Of a stretch of 4,674 nucleotides of DNA, positions 1-4,674 are shown one piece after another. Made by a program: the position numbers and the translations under genes. The stretch covers positions 1-4,674 of the IMG/VR virus record IMGVR_UViG_2744054872_000006, one strand, 5' to 3'. The stretch comes from a virus (lineage: Duplodnaviria > Heunggongvirae > Uroviricota > Caudoviricetes). A model generated the notes under the pieces. That model worked only from the letters and a program-made list of their open reading frames with translations. It made no database searches and was not told where the DNA came from. How positions within the stretch are numbered: the first letter of the stretch is position 1; every line of letters starts with the position of its first letter.

Positions 1-1263
1 TCAGCGAACGTAAATAGTGCCGCCGTTCTCTTTTTCCCATGCATCGCTACGTGCATAGCAAACATCGAGAAGTCTTCTTGCCGCAGTTTCCTCTAAACCC
101 AATTCGACAACCAACTGCTCATGACGGCGGGTAACCACATCAAACAGGGTATGCAGCCCTTTAGTTGCCAGATCATCAATGAATTCCGGTTCGAACGGCA
201 GCTCTGCATCTGCCAACATAACCTCTTGCGCCCACTCAACTCGACGGACCAATTCCGGGCGGCGGCTTTCCATCTCTTTACAGATCAATTCATGGAAGAA
301 CTCTACCCAACCTTCCGGCTGAAACTCGCGGAAAATTGCCAACGGCTGGAAGTTTGGCATCAACCATTCGTTGATTCGGATATCAATGGCATAGCCCATG
401 TCGCAGCAGAACTGATAAGCAAAGTCCAGCTTAGAAACGATATAAGGACGCTCGTTATTGAACTCTTTAGGCGATGAGATCCCATAAGCCAGGAGGCGCG
501 GGAAGAAGGAGATTTGCCCTAACGTCGGATGAAGTTTGCTTGCAGGGAAACGGCGCTCAGTAATGCCATACATTTCCTTCTTGAGCGTCGCAAATTTGGC
601 ATTCTCATTAACCAGCGCGGTAACCTCTGCTTTTTTATTAGCAAATGCCACGCGCGCCTCGCTTGCATCTTTAATAGTTTTTTTGAGCTGTTGGTTAAGG
701 TCGGCGACCTGCTTACGCAGTTCCTGTCGCTCGCTTTTAGCTTTGTTATAGCGTTTCTCAAGGTTAAAAGGATCAAGTTTCATGATCTCTTTATATTGAG
801 ATTTTAGCGTTGAAATCTGTAAGTTCCGCAGTTCAACCATCGCGGTCATTTCATTGAGTTTTGTTTCCAGCTCAATGCTTATACGTTCGGCATTATCAGC
901 ACGCTGGTTGGCGTCATGCGTCGCATCGTCGATCGCGTCCTGTTGCTGGCGTTTCAAATGTTCAATTTGCAGCTGAAGCTCTTCAATTTCTTTACCCTTC
1001 AGACCGAGATCCAACTGCATATTTTCAGCTGCATCTACCAGGGAGTTATGGCTATCAGCTTCTGCGTTATAAACATCAATAAGCTGTGCGTGAAGCATCT
1101 CCGCTGACTGAACCGCATTATCAAAAAAACGTGCTGTGAGGTCATCACAACTAACGCGGCGTTGCGCGGCCCGGATGTTCTGGATAATGGCCGGAATACC
1201 GGCATTCAGGACATCAGGGATAGATACATTTTCGATTGATTGGTTTTGTGCTGAAGTGCTCAT
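1..1263 (-). CDS. Hypothetical coiled-coil protein (420 aa) with a long heptad-like, charged N-terminal half and a globular C-terminal domain; function unknown
   Basis: Long uninterrupted ORF with ATG at 1263-1261 and TGA at 3-1. The N-terminal ~230 aa are rich in E/K/Q/L repeats typical of coiled coils. The start lies 1 nt downstream of the stop of the 72-aa ORF (TGAAATG on the minus strand), suggesting translational coupling. The window begins exactly at this stop codon. No family recognised. Confidence 0.7.
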   Translation of the reverse strand: MSTSAQNQSIENVSIPDVLNAGIPAIIQNIRAAQRRVSCDDLTARFFDNAVQSAEMLHAQLIDVYNAEADSHNSLVDAAENMQLDLGLKGKEIEELQLQIEHLKRQQQDAIDDATHDANQRADNAERISIELETKLNEMTAMVELRNLQISTLKSQYKEIMKLDPFNLEKRYNKAKSERQELRKQVADLNQQLKKTIKDASEARVAFANKKAEVTALVNENAKFATLKKEMYGITERRFPASKLHPTLGQISFFPRLLAYGISSPKEFNNERPYIVSKLDFAYQFCCDMGYAIDIRINEWLMPNFQPLAIFREFQPEGWVEFFHELICKEMESRRPELVRRVEWAQEVMLADAELPFEPEFIDDLATKGLHTLFDVVTRRHEQLVVELGLEETAARRLLDVCYARSDAWEKENGGTIYVR

Positions 1264-1264
1264 T

Positions 1265-1483
1265 TCAAAGTTCCGTATTAGCTTGTGCTTCGGTCATTTT
1301 TCCTAAGTATGAAGGTGGAAGGACTACGCAATTTGTATCCAGTCCCTCACCTATGGCAGCCTGTAAAATTCTGGCTAAGGTGAGTCTCTTGTTGCGATAC
1401 CTGGTGATGACATGCCTGATACCGCCGGTCGGCGTAACAAAGGCGATCAGCCAGTAGTGATATTTCCGTCGGAATGGCCACAT
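1265..1483 (-). CDS. Small hypothetical protein (72 aa), possibly co-translated with the downstream 420-aa protein
   Basis: ATG at 1483-1481 is preceded on the minus strand by AAGGTG (plus 1488-1493) with a 4-nt spacer. The TGA stop at 1267-1265 sits 1 nt from the ATG of the 420-aa gene. Co-directional with all other genes. Protein family not recognised. Confidence 0.45.
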   Translation of the reverse strand: MWPFRRKYHYWLIAFVTPTGGIRHVITRYRNKRLTLARILQAAIGEGLDTNCVVLPPSYLGKMTEAQANTEL

Positions 1484-1487
1484 AGTG

Positions 1488-1493
1488 CACCTT
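1488..1493 (-). promoter_or_regulatory. Shine-Dalgarno-like sequence (AAGGTG) for the 72-aa ORF
   Basis: The minus strand reads AAGGTGCACTATG, placing a purine-rich GGTG core 4-5 nt upstream of the ATG at 1483. Confidence 0.4.
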
Positions 1494-1506
1494 GTAGATT
1501 GCTCTG

Positions 1507-1534
1507 ATAAAAAACATGATGAGTGTACATCACG
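1507..1534 (-). terminator. Candidate intrinsic terminator or RNA hairpin between the glycosyltransferase-like gene and the 72-aa ORF
   Basis: The minus-strand RNA would read CGUGAUG-UACACU-CAUCAUG followed by UUUUUUAU: a 7-bp stem including one G:U pair, a 6-nt loop and a U6 tract. The stem is AU-rich and therefore weak. It lies in the only sizeable AT-rich intergenic gap (1484-1580). Confidence 0.3.
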
Positions 1535-1580
1535 TTTTAAAAATAATGAATTATTAGAGCAATATTATTCTGATTCTCGC

Positions 1581-2267
1581 TCAAAAAAATGAGCTGATAA
1601 GGGGAAGCCAATCCTCTGACACTTCGCGAGGTCGCGGTTTGCCGTGGAAAAAGATTATTCGGCAGTCTTTTGGTAATGCCCCATTCCCCCTGGAGTAACG
1701 CGCGCTCGCATATTTCGAACCAGGTTCCACAACATCGGCCTTGTAACTTACAAACCATCCCGGATACAGATCCTGAAATGCTGGTGTATCATCACCCATA
1801 ACCTTCCGCAAAAACCCCTGATCACCCCAGCATTCAGTAGTAACACAACGAGCAATCCAACCTTCCGGATCTTGCCAGAATGCACTCCAGATATGCGCTT
1901 TTACACTATTTGGTATCCACAGGGCACCGCTGCCACGATATTGTGGATGGTAAAAATCCCTAAGCATGGTGAAGCTGGTTGGTGGATTCTCTAGGATTGG
2001 GCGTATATCACCGGCAATAACCGTGTCCAAATCCAGATAGAACAGATCATCGGTTATATCCGGTCGGAACAACTCGATTTTCGCCCACCAGCCACGGCAC
2101 TTTTGCCACTGGTTGATCAATGGGACAACTTTGACGCCAGGTACATGTAAACGCTTCAGGTCTGTCAGGCAAATAATTTCATAGCCTTTTGGCAGTTGAT
2201 TAACCAGCCACTGCACATCGGAAGCGTTATAGTCACCACCAGAGCGAAGAACTAAAGCAATCTTCAT
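1581..2267 (-). CDS. Putative GT-A-fold glycosyltransferase (228 aa) with a DXD motif, GT8-like
   Basis: ATG at 2267-2265 overlaps the TGA of the upstream phosphatase gene (ATGA, 4-nt overlap), with GGTG 4 nt upstream. The protein has an N-terminal [12 protein letters not shown] strand, a [18 protein letters not shown] segment (YLDxDxxV...DI, like the DXD nucleotide-sugar/metal site of GT-A enzymes) and a C-terminal [10 protein letters not shown] resembling the HxxGxxKPW motif of GT8 enzymes. Assignment is by motif memory only. Confidence 0.6.
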   Translation of the reverse strand: MKIALVLRSGGDYNASDVQWLVNQLPKGYEIICLTDLKRLHVPGVKVVPLINQWQKCRGWWAKIELFRPDITDDLFYLDLDTVIAGDIRPILENPPTSFTMLRDFYHPQYRGSGALWIPNSVKAHIWSAFWQDPEGWIARCVTTECWGDQGFLRKVMGDDTPAFQDLYPGWFVSYKADVVEPGSKYASARYSRGNGALPKDCRIIFFHGKPRPREVSEDWLPLISSFF

Positions 2268-2956
2268 GCTGCACCATCACCTTTCACTTTCATCAATGTC
2301 AGGTTTCCGCAAAATACGGCACCTGTGTCGATATAATGCTGATTCCAGAATGTCTTCGGGCTTTTCACCGGAGTGTGACCAAAGATAAAACGATCTGCGC
2401 CAGAAATTTCGCCACCAATATCATCCATCGAATCACTGATACGCTCGCGCGCCCAGACAACGTTGAAAAGCGGCACCTCCTTACCGAATTGATATTCATT
2501 ATCCGGATAGTCGGCATGGGCTATAACGATAGTTTCTTGCCCGGTGTTCAACTCAATGATATAGGGCAGTCGTCTTACCAACTCCACCAGCGCCCTGGCT
2601 AATATTTCCTGATCAGCGTCCAGCATGAAGAACCATTGACCGCCATTCATTAGCCAGTTATTCACGTTGCCATCTGGACTTAACGCATCAATCATCAGCC
2701 GCTCATGGTTCCCCATCACTGCCCTGAACCAGGGCATCTGCAATAGTTCCAGACATTCGACATTTTCAGTACCGCGATCGATAAGGTCGCCGACCGATAT
2801 CAGTAAATCCTGCGCCGGGTCAAAATCCACACGATGGAGTTCGGACATCAGTCTGGTGTAGCAACCATGCAGATCACCAACAACCCAGACATTCCTGTAT
2901 TTGGTACCGTCGATACGGTGATAAATTGTGGGTGCCATCATGTATTCTTCAGCCAT
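2264..2956 (-). CDS. Serine/threonine protein phosphatase, calcineurin-like metallophosphoesterase (lambda orf221/NinI-type)
   Basis: Contains the PPP-family motifs VVGDLHGCY (GDxHG), VGDLIDRG (GDxxDR) and GNHE, plus a downstream FGHTP. It aligns along its whole length with lambda phosphatase as I remember it ([56 protein letters not shown]). The true start may be the ATG at 2941 or 2938 rather than 2956: these would give ATGA or TGATG overlap with the upstream stop and an N-terminus matching lambda's length. Confidence 0.9.
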   Translation of the reverse strand: MAEEYMMAPTIYHRIDGTKYRNVWVVGDLHGCYTRLMSELHRVDFDPAQDLLISVGDLIDRGTENVECLELLQMPWFRAVMGNHERLMIDALSPDGNVNNWLMNGGQWFFMLDADQEILARALVELVRRLPYIIELNTGQETIVIAHADYPDNEYQFGKEVPLFNVVWARERISDSMDDIGGEISGADRFIFGHTPVKSPKTFWNQHYIDTGAVFCGNLTLMKVKGDGAA

Positions 2957-3564
2957 TCTTTAAGAGTCATCTGCGGAATACCTCCCATTTTCCCGCATGA
3001 AACAACGTCAATCTGTTCACGCGCAGACTGGAATAACAAAGGCAGGTGACTTAGATTTTTTGGCGTGCCGCCGGAGTGAACGCGTGGTTCTTGTGTAGCG
3101 TCAACGCCCACCAGGGCGACATGTTTGAATCCGATATGGAAAGCCAGGTTCAGAGCACCATATGCACTATTGCCGCTGGCAATTTCATTCTCATCTTCAC
3201 AAAGGCCGAAATGTGCGGACCAGCGCCACGCCCACCACTCGGGAGAATTCGTATTTTTTGGCTCCGTGCCGCGCTCAGCCACACGACGGAAGCACAGAAC
3301 GCCATCTCTGACTTCACGTTCTTTAACATCGGGTAGTGCCATGCAATAACAAACACCACGGCGACGGCGGCCACGACCAACGCGCCGCATATTGTCTGGC
3401 GATGGATCAAGGGTGAAAAAATAAGAAGCGCGGTTAAGCCAGTCGATGGCCCCATTGACCGCTATAATCGGCACTCCGCGCGGCGCAACAAAGTTTGCGG
3501 CGCTTGGGCCACTGCCGACGATAATAACGCGATCACTGCCTCTAAATTTATTCTTGGGAAACAT
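2938..3564 (-). CDS. GSGPS-motif Rossmann-like transferase, paralog B (208 aa); GT42 sialyltransferase-like / DUF115 (MptE/Maf-like) candidate
   Basis: ATG at 3564-3562 with AGGAG (plus 3577-3581) 12 nt upstream. Carries VIIVGSGPS near the N-terminus, then IIAVNG, then [26 protein letters not shown]. This pattern recalls Campylobacter Cst-II (AGNGPSL ... RCN ... TSGxxxxAxAxALGYKxIYLxGID). It is clearly paralogous to the adjacent upstream gene. Contains an arginine-rich insert, [16 protein letters not shown]. Confidence 0.7.
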   Translation of the reverse strand: MFPKNKFRGSDRVIIVGSGPSAANFVAPRGVPIIAVNGAIDWLNRASYFFTLDPSPDNMRRVGRGRRRRGVCYCMALPDVKEREVRDGVLCFRRVAERGTEPKNTNSPEWWAWRWSAHFGLCEDENEIASGNSAYGALNLAFHIGFKHVALVGVDATQEPRVHSGGTPKNLSHLPLLFQSAREQIDVVSCGKMGGIPQMTLKEWLKNT

Positions 3565-4124
3565 TGAATTGCACTGCTCCTACTTGCATTCAAAATATGT
3601 AAATCTGCGTGTTTTTTGCGGGTATCCAGGAACTGCTGTTGCCATTTTGAAATAGACACCTGCGTTGGATTCCGTAGGGCTTGAGGGTGCGCGCCATGCC
3701 AATGAAGGCCGTTTTGCAGAGAACAGTCATAGCCGACTAATACCACTACTTCAGCCCCTGATTCAGCAGCCAGACTGATAGCCTGCGCGCCGCTATTTAC
3801 CCCTTCCGCCGGTCCACAATATCGCCTGTACTCCAACGAAAATGATTTCGCCGCCGCCAGGTTGGCTGTCACTTTGCGGAATCTCCCTCCCGGTATGGTG
3901 GATCCGTATTGCTTCCACCATGACAAATCACCGGCGTATAAGGCATAAATGTCATCGAACATCTGCCAGGAATTGTTAACCGCGATGATTGAACAGCCAG
4001 TTTTTTCTATAGCAGCACAGTCCTCACGAGTGAGTGACGGACCGCTACCGACACAAAAAACAGTCCTAGTCGCCCTGGGTGGTATGTTCATTCTCAGCTG
4101 CAAATTCAGCCTCCAGGCGAGCAT
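3462..4124 (-). CDS. GSGPS-motif Rossmann-like transferase, paralog A (220 aa); GT42 sialyltransferase-like / DUF115 (MptE/Maf-like) candidate
   Basis: Carries FCVGSGPSL, IIAVNN and NSGAQAISLAAESGAEVVVLVGYD motifs collinear with paralog B. The start is uncertain: the ATG at 4124 has no SD, and the internal ATG at 4091 (Met12) gives an N-terminus of similar length to paralog B. The 3' end overlaps paralog B by 103 nt in another frame. Confidence 0.7.
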   Translation of the reverse strand: MLAWRLNLQLRMNIPPRATRTVFCVGSGPSLTREDCAAIEKTGCSIIAVNNSWQMFDDIYALYAGDLSWWKQYGSTIPGGRFRKVTANLAAAKSFSLEYRRYCGPAEGVNSGAQAISLAAESGAEVVVLVGYDCSLQNGLHWHGAHPQALRNPTQVSISKWQQQFLDTRKKHADLHILNASRSSAIQCFPRINLEAVIALLSSAVAQAPQTLLRRAECRL

Positions 4125-4221
4125 TCATTTCAGCGATTACCGGGTCCACTACAGCATCTGCTTCCTGTTCATTACGCGGCATGATCGATGCCAGCGATTC
4201 ATAATTAGCCTTGAATGACAC
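4066..4221 (-). CDS. Candidate small acidic protein (51 aa from GTG at 4221, or 38 aa from ATG at 4182), not in the supplied ORF track
   Basis: Hand translation of the minus strand gives VSFKANYESLASIMPRNEQEADAVVDPVIAEMNARLEAEFAAENEHTTQGD, ending at TAG 4068-4066. GGGAG (plus 4229-4233) lies 7 nt upstream of the GTG at 4221-4219. The ORF fills the otherwise empty gap between the VRR-NUC gene and paralog A, and overlaps the annotated 5' end of paralog A. Confidence 0.25.
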   Translation of the reverse strand: MSFKANYESLASIMPRNEQEADAVVDPVIAEMNARLEAEFAAENEHTTQGD

Positions 4222-4240
4222 GATTATTCTCCCGATGTTA

Positions 4241-4267
4241 ATGTGCGCTATATCAAAGAGCGCATAT
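4241..4267. promoter_or_regulatory. Imperfect inverted repeat (ATGTGCGC-N11-GCGCATAT) just downstream of the VRR-NUC stop; possible operator or RNA hairpin
   Basis: 8-bp arms with one mismatch and an 11-nt TATAT-containing spacer, seen directly in the sequence. Not followed by a clean U-tract on the minus strand, so not a canonical terminator. Confidence 0.2.
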
Positions 4268-4287
4268 GCACTAATTAATTTATTATT

Positions 4288-4674
4288 TTAAGCAGCATAC
4301 AACCACTTGTCGCCGTTCAATACATGCTCAATAGCCTCACCCTTTTTAAGGCTTATGTATTCCAGGATGGCGGTTATCGCTTGTTCTGCACCATACGCAA
4401 GAACGACGTAGTAACCTTCCTCTCTAAGCCTGCGCATCCAGGCGATCTGCTCTTTCGTCGGGGCTTTACCATTTGGTTCTTTAAGCTCAATTCGCATGCC
4501 GTGATAAATACCGCATGCTTTATCGAGACTCATGTCCGGATAACCTTTTTTCTGCCCTTCAGCCTTCATTTTCCCGGCGGTTGCTTTTGAACGTTTCCCT
4601 GGCTTTGTTGAATAAATCGAACTTTTGCTGAGTTGAAGGATCAGATCACGCATCCTCCCGACAACACAGACCAT
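4288..4674 (-). CDS. VRR-NUC domain protein (PD-(D/E)xK-type nuclease, 128 aa)
   Basis: The segment GYPDMSL...GMRIELKEPNGKAPTKEQIAWMRRLREEGYYVVLAYGAEQA matches the VRR-NUC pattern: a PD motif, then E-x-K, then a Q-containing helix and a hydrophobic strand. TAA stop at 4290-4288. The ATG is the last 3 nt of the window, so the start cannot be checked against upstream sequence. Confidence 0.75.
   Translation of the reverse strand: MVCVVGRMRDLILQLSKSSIYSTKPGKRSKATAGKMKAEGQKKGYPDMSLDKACGIYHGMRIELKEPNGKAPTKEQIAWMRRLREEGYYVVLAYGAEQAITAILEYISLKKGEAIEHVLNGDKWLYAA

Noticed and set aside
121-1107. Plus-strand ORFs 121..477, 529..807, 536..751, 861..1082 and 916..1107, and minus-strand ORF 519..776
   Set aside because: All lie wholly inside the 420-aa minus-strand gene in other frames or on the opposite strand. 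They have low-complexity, Leu/Ser/Arg-rich translations typical of shadow ORFs and no RBS support.
1-1263. Expectation that the gene after the nin-like block should be a Q-type antiterminator
   Set aside because: Neither the 72-aa nor the 420-aa protein resembles any Q family I know in size or motifs (no zinc-finger-like Cys cluster), so no antiterminator is called.
1236-1457. Plus-strand ORF of 73 aa antisense to the 72-aa gene
   Set aside because: It is antisense to a minus-strand ORF that has a good SD and stop/start coupling, and is the only plus-strand candidate in a uniformly minus-strand operon. The minus-strand reading is more parsimonious, though neither is proven.
1265-1483. Possible BrnT/DUF497-type toxin assignment for the 72-aa protein
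   Set aside because: The GGIRHVITRYRNKR segment resembles the GGIRIISARxA...ER motif of DUF497 toxins, but the protein lacks the usual N-terminal half and the conserved Glu. The resemblance is too thin to call without a profile search.
1537-1758. Minus-strand 73-aa ORF overlapping the 3' end of the GT-A-like gene and running into the intergenic region
   Set aside because: It is an alternate frame of the 228-aa gene with a Cys/Trp-rich, atypical composition, and would bury the hairpin and T-tract inside coding sequence.
2336-3349. Plus-strand ORFs 2336..2602, 2667..2861, 2834..3049, 3076..3336 and 3125..3349, and minus-strand ORF 3150..3455
   Set aside because: They are shadow or alternate-frame ORFs inside the phosphatase and paralog B genes. 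The Arg/Ser/Pro-rich translations are consistent with reading GC-rich coding DNA out of frame.
3446-4218. Plus-strand ORFs 3446..3655 and 3949..4218
   Set aside because: Both are antisense to paralog A, the A/B overlap or the small ORF, and have no SD. The minus-strand small ORF at 4066..4221 has a clear GGGAG-N7-GTG and is preferred.
4324-4590. Plus-strand 88-aa ORF
   Set aside because: It lies inside the VRR-NUC gene on the opposite strand and is a shadow ORF.
1-4674. CRISPR arrays, tRNA/rRNA genes, integrase or transposase, IS elements, long direct repeats
   Set aside because: There are no regularly spaced repeats, no cloverleaf-compatible conserved tRNA motifs in the short non-coding gaps, and no recombinase-like ORFs. 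The window is almost entirely protein-coding on one strand.

Overview
The window holds a co-directional, tightly packed operon on the minus strand (read from 4674 down to 1) that looks like the nin/late-early region of a lambdoid prophage. In transcription order it encodes a VRR-NUC-type nuclease, an unlisted small acidic ORF, two tandem paralogous proteins with a GSGPS motif that resemble GT42 sialyltransferase / DUF115 (MptE/Maf-like) enzymes, a lambda NinI-type Ser/Thr phosphatase, and a small GT-A-like glycosyltransferase with a DXD motif. After an AT-rich gap with a terminator-like hairpin comes a coupled pair: a 72-aa protein and a 420-aa coiled-coil protein of unknown function. The candidate novel system is the translationally linked enzyme block of three putative sugar/nucleotide transferases plus the phosphatase, with the downstream 72-aa/420-aa pair as a second candidate. 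No rRNA, tRNA, CRISPR array or transposase is evident. All functional calls rest on motifs recognised by eye and from memory; no database search was run.
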